From the IMG/VR virus record IMGVR_UViG_3300031951_000072, positions 64,001-91,737 of that record: DNA of 27,737 bases. One strand, written 5' to 3'. Position 1 is the stretch's first letter. Each line of letters opens with the position of its first letter. A program made the translations under genes and the position numbers. The DNA is from a virus (taxonomy: Duplodnaviria > Heunggongvirae > Uroviricota > Caudoviricetes). Below, piece by piece: positions 7,410 to 15,563 of this stretch. The notes below the pieces were generated by a model, which saw only the letters and a program-made list of their open reading frames with translations, did no database searches and had not been told where the DNA came from.

Positions 7410-8210
7410 TTATATATAGTCAAAAAGAATTGCCGTACCATTCCTAAGTTTACGCAATCCTTTCTCCTTAATCTGACGAATACGCTCTTTTGTTAGATCA
7501 AAGTCTTGTCCAATCTCTTCAAGAGTTCTACATGAACCTGTTAGTCCGTAATAATCTTCAATTATGGTTCTTTCCCTGTCATCCAAGCTACCGAGAAGCT
7601 CAAAAAGTTTATCCCTGAGAACCTTGGTACTATTGAATGATTCATCCGGTCTACTAGCATCATTATTATAAATGACATCAACCAGAGTATCACCATCTTC
7701 ATTTATTGGCTTATCAAGCCAAATCATGCTAGGTAAGTTAGCATATTTATCAGATTTAAATCCAGTACCGTTCTCTATTGCTTTTTTTTCTTTCTGAACA
7801 TCTTGTACGACATTTACAGGAAGCCTTATCGTTCTAGCATTTTCATTGAGAGAGTAAAGGATTGACTGGCGAATCCACCAAACAGCATAAGAAATAAATT
7901 TAAGGTTTTTATTCCAGTCAAAATTTTGAGCTGCTTTCATTAGACCTATATTGCCTTCAGCGATCAAATCTGGAAGATCAAGACCTTGGTTCTGATATTG
8001 CTTAGCAATTGTAATAACAAATCTAAGATTACCACGAACAAGCTCTTCGTTAATCTTTGAAACCTGGCTAGGCGTAAGTGTACCTGAACGCATCAAATCT
8101 GCAATTTCTTTTTCACGCTCAGTTGTCATAACTTCGATCTTTCTAAGATCTTTAAGATATGAGGAAATTTCAGCTTGATTAAATGGAATTGTTGTTTTCT
8201 TTTCTTTCAT
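7410..8210 (-). CDS. rpoD: RNA polymerase sigma70 factor, Bacteroidota RpoD-like (phage-encoded)
   Basis: Region 1.2 SSYLKDL; region 2 NLRFVITIAKQYQNQG...DLIAEGNIGLMKAA..FD...KFISYAVWWIRQSI; region 4 TLEEIGQDFDLTKERIRQIKEKGLRKLR; no region 1.1. Confidence 0.93.
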   Translation of the reverse strand: MKEKKTTIPFNQAEISSYLKDLRKIEVMTTEREKEIADLMRSGTLTPSQVSKINEELVRGNLRFVITIAKQYQNQGLDLPDLIAEGNIGLMKAAQNFDWNKNLKFISYAVWWIRQSILYSLNENARTIRLPVNVVQDVQKEKKAIENGTGFKSDKYANLPSMIWLDKPINEDGDTLVDVIYNNDASRPDESFNSTKVLRDKLFELLGSLDDRERTIIEDYYGLTGSCRTLEEIGQDFDLTKERIRQIKEKGLRKLRNGTAILFDYI

Positions 8211-8695
8211 ATTTGTTCCAAAAATTTTTTTTCTTCATTTGTGAGAGAGGATATGCCTTGTTCATTTATCTTGTCCAAGATAGTATCCATATTGAACACA
8301 CCATCGGTAAAATTGTTGTTACAAATGGTATTATACTCATAATCCTCATCATCTTCATCATCATAATAATCAAAGATTGTTGGATTAGTTATATTGATAA
8401 ATAATTCATATTCTTCTTTATCACGGAAGCTTAACACAGATGAATCATCTACAACAGTCAAAAAATAAACATTATAAATAGAATTTAGAGGCTCACGTAG
8501 TTTACTATCAATATGTTGACAATTCATCTCGCTCATAAAATGAAACATGATTGAATCTCTAGTCCTATAGAACGTAATATCTTGTTTTGTAATATCAAAT
8601 TTTGGTGCAATAATCTCAACAATTTCACCAAATGTTTGCATGATTTCATTTTGCGTAATGCCAGTCTTATTACAAATTAAGTAGTATCTAGTCAT
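8207..8695 (-). CDS. Hypothetical protein with acidic tract and C-terminal DUF6576-like motif
   Basis: C-terminus MDTILDKINEQGISSLTNEEKKFL resembles the DUF6576 tail of Bacteroidota rhomboids (recalled). ATG 8695 is preferred because the TTG at 8707 lies inside the promoter element. ATGA-coupled to the sigma gene. Confidence 0.65.
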   Translation of the reverse strand: MTRYYLICNKTGITQNEIMQTFGEIVEIIAPKFDITKQDITFYRTRDSIMFHFMSEMNCQHIDSKLREPLNSIYNVYFLTVVDDSSVLSFRDKEEYELFINITNPTIFDYYDDEDDEDYEYNTICNNNFTDGVFNMDTILDKINEQGISSLTNEEKKFLEQI

Positions 8696-8704
8696 ATCGT
8701 TCTG

Positions 8705-8712
8705 CAAAGGTA
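8705..8712 (-). promoter_or_regulatory. Bacteroidota sigmaA -7 element (TACCTTTG)
   Basis: Matches TAnnTTTG, 9 nt upstream of ATG 8695; shares ATTACCTTTG with the primase promoter. Confidence 0.65.
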
Positions 8713-8730
8713 ATATTTTTTTTTTGATAA

Positions 8731-11067
8731 TTAAATTAATTCACTAATATTTTCAGATTTTTTAATCTGGCAGATATTGTCTGCCCAATTGTCTATCATT
8801 GGGTTATGCGAGATAACAAATATTTTTTCAAAATATTCTCTAATCTTGAAGAAAAAATTGCCAACTAATTCTAAATTGTCATTTGATATTTTACCAAACA
8901 CCTCATCCATTACTATAATGTTTGGTTTTGGAAGCGAACATATTTTAGACAAAACGGATCTTATGGCTAGAGATGAAATTGTCTTTTCGTATCCAGACCC
9001 GCTATTAAGCAATTTTTCAATTCCCGTAGAATTGTCTATCATGTAGAACTCAACATCATTCTTATCTGAAATCTTGATTTCAACTTTGAATGGTGCACTA
9101 TCTTTTAACAATCTTTGAAGCTCATTGTTTATTATTGGTAACATAGTTTTCATTATATACTTACTAATACCATGTTTGCCAAACAACTCTAGATATATTT
9201 TATATATTTTTTCTTTCTCAGCTTCCTCTTCTATTTGCCGGATAAAATTGTAATTAGAGTCTATTTTATCATGATGATTTTTAATTTGCACTATTGCAAA
9301 TGTTATTTTTTCATCAAGTTTCCTTTTAGCTTGCGTAAGTTCTTCTAAACGATATTTAGCTTTCAAAAGTTTTGACTCTATCTCATTATTTTTGTTAATT
9401 TTTTCCTGGATTTCAAGGTAATCCGAAATTTTTTCTTTAGCTGAATTTATTTTTAGCTCTAAAGATTCTTTTGTTATCTCATATTTTGAATAAATTAATG
9501 AATTTTTTTCATAAAGATCAAACTTTTCTCTTAATACAATAAGAGCTTTTTTTTCTTTTTTACATGTTTCAAGTTCAAGAACTAAAGAGTTTTTCTTCTG
9601 ATAGAGTTTTTCCAAATCCATCAATTTGTTTTTAACAAGAATGGCATTAATAATATCAATACCGCAATGTTCACACTTTATACCACCATCAACAGAGTTT
9701 TTTAACTCCTCTAACTCTGATATCTTAGAATCAATAGTTGTCAACTCAACATATATATCATTACACGCATCATTCAATTTATCGTAAACCTGTTCATCAT
9801 AAAACTGATCAGGTTTAACAAGGTAAAGATTAGACATTTCTTTAATTGTATTGCTATATTGGATATTTAGTTTTTCTAACTCAGAATTTAATGTATCCAA
9901 ATTTGTTGCAGCCAAAACCGAATCAATGTCTGTGTGTTTAGAAGCCATCAACTCCTCCCTATATGATGTCCCTATTTTAATCTTTTCCTCAATTTCAGAT
10001 AAAGCATTTTTGTCTATTTCTAGACATTCTTGAAATGTATCGATAAACTCTAAGTTTTTTTCAATATCCTGTTTTAGAGTTTCTTTGTTATATATATTGG
10101 AGATTAATCCCTTAGAGAATGTAGAGTATATTTCTTTGGCGATTTCTTCTTTTCTTTTTAAGAATTCTAACCCTAAAAACTTACTTAAAATTTGTCCTCT
10201 GGCTGTTGGTTTAGACTCAATCAAATCTTCTAGATTTGATCCTGTCGTAAGGATTGTCATCAAAAAGTCCTCTTGTTCTCCAATCGATGATTTTATGAAT
10301 TTTTCTGTTTCACGACGTTGCTCACCTGTTAAACTTTGCAAAGATCCGTCTTTATTTTTCTTTATAAAATCTAATTCCGCTTTTACTGAATAATCCCCAC
10401 TCTTGTTCTTTTTACGCTCAAGAGTCCTAATAATAAAATAATCATCGCCATCAATAGTAACCTCACCTTTAACAACTACTTTGTTTTTGTCTGTAAACTT
10501 ATTGAATATATCCTCATTTTTTGTCGTTTTAGTTGTCGTATTGAAGAATAGAAAAAGCAGAAGATCTACCGCCAGGACTGTTTTACCCCCAAAGTTAGGT
10601 GGATTCGAGGTTATAACTGTAATACCATTGTATTTGGTAAAGTCAATAACTTGATTCTCACCGAAGGACATAAAATTAGAAAATTCAATTCTTTTTAATG
10701 ACCATTTTTTAAATGCGGAGATGTCTTCATACCTAGAAATGAGTAGATCTTCTACTTGTTTATCCAATAAGTAAACGTCAGCAGCGAAATCATTGTATGA
10801 TTTAGAGTCCAAATACATATCAATTAACGACTTCTGATAATTCTTATCCATGATATTGTATGATACATCAATTGTTTGCATGGTCATCTCATCGTCCTGA
10901 CTAGAGTCCACTGTGATAACATTTATATTTGTTGTACCATACTTTTTAGAAAAGTATTGCTTAACGCTTTTTATGCGTTCTTGTGTGAAGTTATGTGGTT
11001 CATCTTCCCAAATAACTTGTACGTTAGGTGTATATTTTTCCTCAATATCAGTTACTTCGCTGCTCAT
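8731..11067 (-). CDS. sbcC: SbcC/Rad50/gp46-like SMC ATPase (recombination nuclease subunit)
   Basis: Walker A PPNFGGKT, zinc hook CEHC between coiled coils, signature SGSGYE, Walker B IIVMDE, H-loop VISHN; about 120-aa N-terminal extension. Confidence 0.9.
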   Translation of the reverse strand: MSSEVTDIEEKYTPNVQVIWEDEPHNFTQERIKSVKQYFSKKYGTTNINVITVDSSQDDEMTMQTIDVSYNIMDKNYQKSLIDMYLDSKSYNDFAADVYLLDKQVEDLLISRYEDISAFKKWSLKRIEFSNFMSFGENQVIDFTKYNGITVITSNPPNFGGKTVLAVDLLLFLFFNTTTKTTKNEDIFNKFTDKNKVVVKGEVTIDGDDYFIIRTLERKKNKSGDYSVKAELDFIKKNKDGSLQSLTGEQRRETEKFIKSSIGEQEDFLMTILTTGSNLEDLIESKPTARGQILSKFLGLEFLKRKEEIAKEIYSTFSKGLISNIYNKETLKQDIEKNLEFIDTFQECLEIDKNALSEIEEKIKIGTSYREELMASKHTDIDSVLAATNLDTLNSELEKLNIQYSNTIKEMSNLYLVKPDQFYDEQVYDKLNDACNDIYVELTTIDSKISELEELKNSVDGGIKCEHCGIDIINAILVKNKLMDLEKLYQKKNSLVLELETCKKEKKALIVLREKFDLYEKNSLIYSKYEITKESLELKINSAKEKISDYLEIQEKINKNNEIESKLLKAKYRLEELTQAKRKLDEKITFAIVQIKNHHDKIDSNYNFIRQIEEEAEKEKIYKIYLELFGKHGISKYIMKTMLPIINNELQRLLKDSAPFKVEIKISDKNDVEFYMIDNSTGIEKLLNSGSGYEKTISSLAIRSVLSKICSLPKPNIIVMDEVFGKISNDNLELVGNFFFKIREYFEKIFVISHNPMIDNWADNICQIKKSENISELI

Positions 11068-11076
11068 TTTTCTTAA

Positions 11077-11283
11077 TTAAAGGTTTTGCTGGACGTTTAT
11101 TTGGGGTGAGGGTTGTTCCTCAACTTCTGAAGTTAGCTCTGTTTCAGCCGAGGCTTTATTCTTTTCAATTGACTCTAGAAGAGTTTTAAATGCCTTACGC
11201 TGCCGATTAATATCCTCTGAAATTCTTTGGTTCCTACTTTGAACACGTTGTTTGTGACCTTTTCTGTTTTTTGATTTTGCCAT
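11077..11283 (-). CDS. Small basic/disordered hypothetical protein
   Basis: Arg/Lys-rich N-terminus MAKSKNRKGHKQRVQSRNQR. Confidence 0.7.
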   Translation of the reverse strand: MAKSKNRKGHKQRVQSRNQRISEDINRQRKAFKTLLESIEKNKASAETELTSEVEEQPSPQINVQQNL

Positions 11284-11297
11284 AGTTTTAGTTTTTT

Positions 11298-11666
11298 TTA
11301 TTTTTTATTTTCTTCGAACCATTCGATTACACTGTTTAATGCCCAAACGCTTCCTGAGGCGAATAAGCCATCAACAAAGACGACAAGGCTTTCTTTCAGT
11401 ATAGAATCGATTCCACTACCAAAATGTCTGTATTCATCAATATAAGAAATATATGGTGAGAACAATACGAATGATAAGAAGAACCCAACCCATGTTGATG
11501 TACACATAACACAGCTTAGTAGCTGAAGCACAAAGGTACTAATATTTGATATAACAGGTATCCTATTTTCCCTTAAAAAGTTTTTAAATCCATTAAAAAT
11601 GGAACCGTATACCAAAATGTTTGTACAACCGTATGCGATAAAAATCCAAATAAGTAATTTAATCAT
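11298..11666 (-). CDS. DUF1360-like membrane protein with CxxC
   Basis: Three hydrophobic segments and LLSCVMCTSTWVG, which resembles the DUF1360 LLSCPWCxxxW motif. Confidence 0.65.
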   Translation of the reverse strand: MIKLLIWIFIAYGCTNILVYGSIFNGFKNFLRENRIPVISNISTFVLQLLSCVMCTSTWVGFFLSFVLFSPYISYIDEYRHFGSGIDSILKESLVVFVDGLFASGSVWALNSVIEWFEENKK

Positions 11667-12097
11667 AATTGATCTTTTAAATTTGTTGTTCTCAAAAACG
11701 TTGCTGATTGAGATATTGATTTAGTTTTTATTGCCGATAGCTCATCTTCTTTAGCTTGCAATTCAGATCTCAGGGTTTGTAATGTATTTGACAACTTAGA
11801 CATTTTATCTCGTAAGTCTAACGTTTCTTTTTCGACAAGCTCACTACAATCTTTATCTTGAATCACCGACACCTCTTTAATAATTTCCCTGTCTACATAT
11901 TTAATAACCTCCTTTTCTATTATCTCGATTTGTTTTTCAGGCTCTGATCCACCTAATAATCCATATTTTTTAATATCAAAACCTTGTTTTAAACATTGAA
12001 GTAAAAACTTTTCAATATCAGATATTGAATTTAAGTGACAATATTCCTGAATTGTAGAATACAATTCATTATGAATTGATAAGTTTTTCATCTCCAT
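11663..12097 (-). CDS. Hypothetical coiled-coil protein
   Basis: Heptad-rich C-terminal half; ATGA-coupled to the downstream gene. Confidence 0.7.
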   Translation of the reverse strand: MEMKNLSIHNELYSTIQEYCHLNSISDIEKFLLQCLKQGFDIKKYGLLGGSEPEKQIEIIEKEVIKYVDREIIKEVSVIQDKDCSELVEKETLDLRDKMSKLSNTLQTLRSELQAKEDELSAIKTKSISQSATFLRTTNLKDQL

Positions 12098-12848
12098 TAA
12101 TTATATCATCAATACTAGTAATTTTAAAAGAAAGATAAGACCTGGGGTTTTTAATGTCAAAAAACGTATATTCATCAATTTCTAGATCATAAAGGCCATA
12201 GCCATGATAACTAACTGACTCACCATAATCTTGCTGAATAAAAGAGCCAACCATATATGCTTTCTTATTATTAGGAATATTAAAAACTTGTCTTTTGTGT
12301 ATATCGCCACATAATACTACGTCGCAGCCTGAAAATTTATTAGTATCATAACCTTCAGTAAAAACGTGGCCAACATCTGTTTTTAACCCATGAACCGCAC
12401 CGTGAAATATACCTATGTTTTTTTTATCTGAAAAAACAAAGTCAGGTGGTATATTATGGTCCATTAATGAATATACACACCAATTAACATTGGAATCTTC
12501 ATAGATGCCTCTATTTTTGTAGTAAACAATATTTTTATTATTTAAAGATTCAACAACAGGAGTTATAGCGTCTAGTCGACCCATATTTGCCTCCAAAAAG
12601 TCATGATTACCTGGTATGATAATTGTTTTACATATTTTAGAACATTCCACCAATACCCAAGCAATCATGTCTATCAATTCTGGTGACATTTGGTTTTTAG
12701 AATGAACCAAGTCACCAGAAAAAACAATTCTATCAGGATTATGTCCACGCCACTCAGAAAAGGCTTTATTTAATAATAAACGATATAATTCGTGATCTTT
12801 ATATATTTTAAGGTGTAAGTCCGAGAAGTGAATTATTTTCTTTATCAT
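12069..12848 (-). CDS. sbcD: SbcD/Mre11/gp47-like metallophosphoesterase nuclease subunit
   Basis: Motifs SDLH, GDLVH, PGNHD, FHG and GDIH in canonical order; start probably MIKK at 12848. Confidence 0.88.
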   Translation of the reverse strand: MIKKIIHFSDLHLKIYKDHELYRLLLNKAFSEWRGHNPDRIVFSGDLVHSKNQMSPELIDMIAWVLVECSKICKTIIIPGNHDFLEANMGRLDAITPVVESLNNKNIVYYKNRGIYEDSNVNWCVYSLMDHNIPPDFVFSDKKNIGIFHGAVHGLKTDVGHVFTEGYDTNKFSGCDVVLCGDIHKRQVFNIPNNKKAYMVGSFIQQDYGESVSYHGYGLYDLEIDEYTFFDIKNPRSYLSFKITSIDDIINGDEKLINS

Positions 12849-13059
12849 TAGATTCTTGTGTGTCAAAAATATTAAATTCTTTATTTATGTGGTTGCATTG
12901 ATTACAACAATAAACGCTAATAGGTGCAATAGCATCTTGACTCTCCCCAAGCATAATCCTAGACACTTTTTTCAGTATAAAAGCTTCTTTGAAGAGTTTC
13001 GATCCGCATTTTTCGCAAGATATATTAGGTTGTGATCTTAAATCAATTTTTGAATCCAT
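12808..13059 (-). CDS. Zinc-ribbon protein
   Basis: CEKC...CNQC pair. Confidence 0.75.
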   Translation of the reverse strand: MDSKIDLRSQPNISCEKCGSKLFKEAFILKKVSRIMLGESQDAIAPISVYCCNQCNHINKEFNIFDTQESNDKENNSLLGLTP

Positions 13060-13088
13060 AGTAATTTTAATTTATTTTTAGTTTATTG

Positions 13089-13946
13089 TCAAATTTTGTG
13101 TAATTTAAAATCGTATTGTAAAACACGATTTGTTATGTTTTGAGGAACCCTATACTCAGAATACATTGAGTCCTCATTCAAATGAACCACAATGCAACCT
13201 AATAATTTTGTATTTTCAAATTCAGTTCCTTCAAGCATTTTTAGAAGCAATTTCCCATATAATGGCAACTGTAAATAATAGTGCCCTAAAGCAGTATCGT
13301 CTATATCGTCAAAAGGTGGTTTTAACTTTTTAGTATATTTGTTAGGAACAAAATTCTTAGATTGATTCGTTTTCCAGTCTGTGATAGCAATTCCAATTTC
13401 ACCTCTAGATTTAGATTCAAATAACCATACTTTATCTGGTTGACCAACGTACCCCAATTCAGGATGACCTATTACCATCTCAGTATCCAATAATATACCA
13501 CCACGTTCTTTCATAAGTTTAAGATATTTGTTACCGGCGGATATCATTTTATCACTAGCTAATAACTGGTATCTATCACATTCAAAAACAGGTTCTCTAA
13601 GAGTTTTTCTTAAATTAAAAAGATCTACAGAAGTTTGCTCTAAAAAATAATGTACACGATTACCAAGATTGACAGCTTTATCTCCTGATTCTTTCCATTT
13701 AAGTAATAGTTCATTCTTTTTCTGTGTATTACCTTTTGATATTTGTTCAGAAATTTGTTCGGCATCAAACTCGTCATAAAATTTTTTAATAACTTTAGTA
13801 ACGGAAGGATAATTATCACGTATATTACCATTAGAATCTATCATATGGTAGATGTGTGTATCTTCAAAAAACTTTAGTGAAAGTTCCTCTCTTTTTGTTT
13901 CAAAAACTTTTCTAAGCTCATTAGCCGTGTCATTTATATTCATCAT
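13089..13946 (-). CDS. PD-(D/E)XK exonuclease (RecB-like)
   Basis: HIY..YPSVT, VH..LE, TEMVI, GQPD, TDWKTN and YLQLPLY motifs. Confidence 0.85.
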   Translation of the reverse strand: MMNINDTANELRKVFETKREELSLKFFEDTHIYHMIDSNGNIRDNYPSVTKVIKKFYDEFDAEQISEQISKGNTQKKNELLLKWKESGDKAVNLGNRVHYFLEQTSVDLFNLRKTLREPVFECDRYQLLASDKMISAGNKYLKLMKERGGILLDTEMVIGHPELGYVGQPDKVWLFESKSRGEIGIAITDWKTNQSKNFVPNKYTKKLKPPFDDIDDTALGHYYLQLPLYGKLLLKMLEGTEFENTKLLGCIVVHLNEDSMYSEYRVPQNITNRVLQYDFKLHKI

Positions 13947-14861
13947 TTATTTTATTTCATAATAATATTCGTTTATTTTTCCCCTCAAATCGCAGACATC
14001 TTTATCTGCCGGTAGTTTTAAAACCCTAATCTTACCGTATAATACCCCCCCATTTAGCTCATGATATAGTTTTAGTGCGTTATCAAAAGCATCTCCATCG
14101 AGGCATATAGTAATATTACCCTTTGCCTTGTTATATAATGCTTCAAAAAGAATATTTGGTAAATGTTTACCTAACAAGGGAATGCTATTGTTTAGAAAAA
14201 AAGAGTCGAACACCCCCTCAACTAAAAAAATATCATCGGACCAATTAATAAGGTGTTCATTAAAAATAATCAACTCCTTTTCAGCCTCAGGATTTTTATA
14301 TTTTGCTCGTGATTTTGTGTTCCAAGATCTTCCAATATAATAATTTAATTCATTGTTACTATCGTATGACGGTACTATAATTCTACCTTTGTAATCTCCT
14401 TTGGCCGCAAAACCTATTTTATATTTGTTTATTATTTCTTCTGTAATACCTCTAGACTTCAAATAATTTATAGCCTCAAGATACGGAGGATACCGTTTAT
14501 TTGATTCACTTAATAACACGAAATCTTCAGGTAGTTTTATTTTCTTCCTAAAATGCGTAACTTGTTCCGAATCTTTCGGTCTTATTAAATTGTAAAGTTT
14601 TTTTAGCCTTTTATCACCATATAATTCAAATAGCTTACCCAGAGGACCATGCATTTTGCTATAATCCCCACAAGACCAGCAGTGAAATAAATGTTTAGAA
14701 TACGATATTTCTAGGTTGCCTTTCCCATCCCCAGATTCTAATCCTTTTAATTCTGAACAATTTGGACAATCATATGATATCTGGGATTTGTTGGGATAGT
14801 GAGCTTTATGCTGACCCAACAGATCATCCAACAAGGTTATTATTACATCATGCTCTTCCAT
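13947..14861 (-). CDS. dnaG: DNA primase (zinc finger + TOPRIM)
   Basis: CPNC...HCWSC zinc finger, GRIIVP, YKNP, LVEGVFD, LDGDA, KDVCD. ATG 14861 (MEEHDV) is preferred because the 14900 start spans the promoter. Confidence 0.9.
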   Translation of the reverse strand: MEEHDVIITLLDDLLGQHKAHYPNKSQISYDCPNCSELKGLESGDGKGNLEISYSKHLFHCWSCGDYSKMHGPLGKLFELYGDKRLKKLYNLIRPKDSEQVTHFRKKIKLPEDFVLLSESNKRYPPYLEAINYLKSRGITEEIINKYKIGFAAKGDYKGRIIVPSYDSNNELNYYIGRSWNTKSRAKYKNPEAEKELIIFNEHLINWSDDIFLVEGVFDSFFLNNSIPLLGKHLPNILFEALYNKAKGNITICLDGDAFDNALKLYHELNGGVLYGKIRVLKLPADKDVCDLRGKINEYYYEIK

Positions 14862-14865
14862 AGAA

Positions 14866-14873
14866 CAAAGGTA
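14866..14873 (-). promoter_or_regulatory. Bacteroidota sigmaA -7 element (TACCTTTG)
   Basis: TAnnTTTG located 4 nt upstream of the primase ATG. Confidence 0.65.
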
Positions 14874-14909
14874 ATAAATTAATTTCAATAAAAAAAACAA
14901 GAAATAAAT

Positions 14910-15512
14910 TTAACTCCAAATGCCTTCCTTTTTTAGGAACCCTAACGCACAACAATACGCATCAGTACTATCGAAATTTTCTTTTTTCAACGTATTATTT
15001 TTAGTAAATAACCATTGAATTTGCGGTTCACGTTTAGAGACTAATTCCCATATTACCATTTTTTTATCAACATCCTTTGGATACCCACCAAACAAGACAT
15101 TTTTACCCTTATCATTTTTCTGTAAAAGTTCAGGAAAGGCATTTTTCCTGGATTCATATGTTGTGATAAAATCAGGAACAATACCTAATACTTCATAAAC
15201 CTCTCTAAATATTAGAGTGTTAAACCTAAGTAGCGTACCTATTGTATATGCATTATTAGAGTTCAATAACGGCTCTTCAATAACAACATGTGTGATATTT
15301 AAACTAGAATACGCTTCTAACTTTGATCTAAACATATTAGATTTTAATATTAGTTCTTCCAGTTTATTTCCAACTTCAGGTTTTGGCCTGGGGGATACAT
15401 GCGTTAATTCTAATAATTCTTTAGTCGCAATATCAAATAATGCGATCCCAATAGTTTTAGTTGAAACGTCCAATCCTAGAATTTTTGGGTTATTTACAAT
15501 AGTTTCACTCAT
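14910..15512 (-). CDS. RuvC-like Holliday junction resolvase
   Basis: ILGLDVSTKTIGIA, VVIEEP and DSTDAYCCA acidic catalytic motifs of the RNase H-like RuvC fold. Confidence 0.82.
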   Translation of the reverse strand: MSETIVNNPKILGLDVSTKTIGIALFDIATKELLELTHVSPRPKPEVGNKLEELILKSNMFRSKLEAYSSLNITHVVIEEPLLNSNNAYTIGTLLRFNTLIFREVYEVLGIVPDFITTYESRKNAFPELLQKNDKGKNVLFGGYPKDVDKKMVIWELVSKREPQIQWLFTKNNTLKKENFDSTDAYCCALGFLKKEGIWS

Positions 15513-15563
15513 ATAATAAATTATTGATACAATAATAGTTAAATATGTTGTAATTGTGAATTA

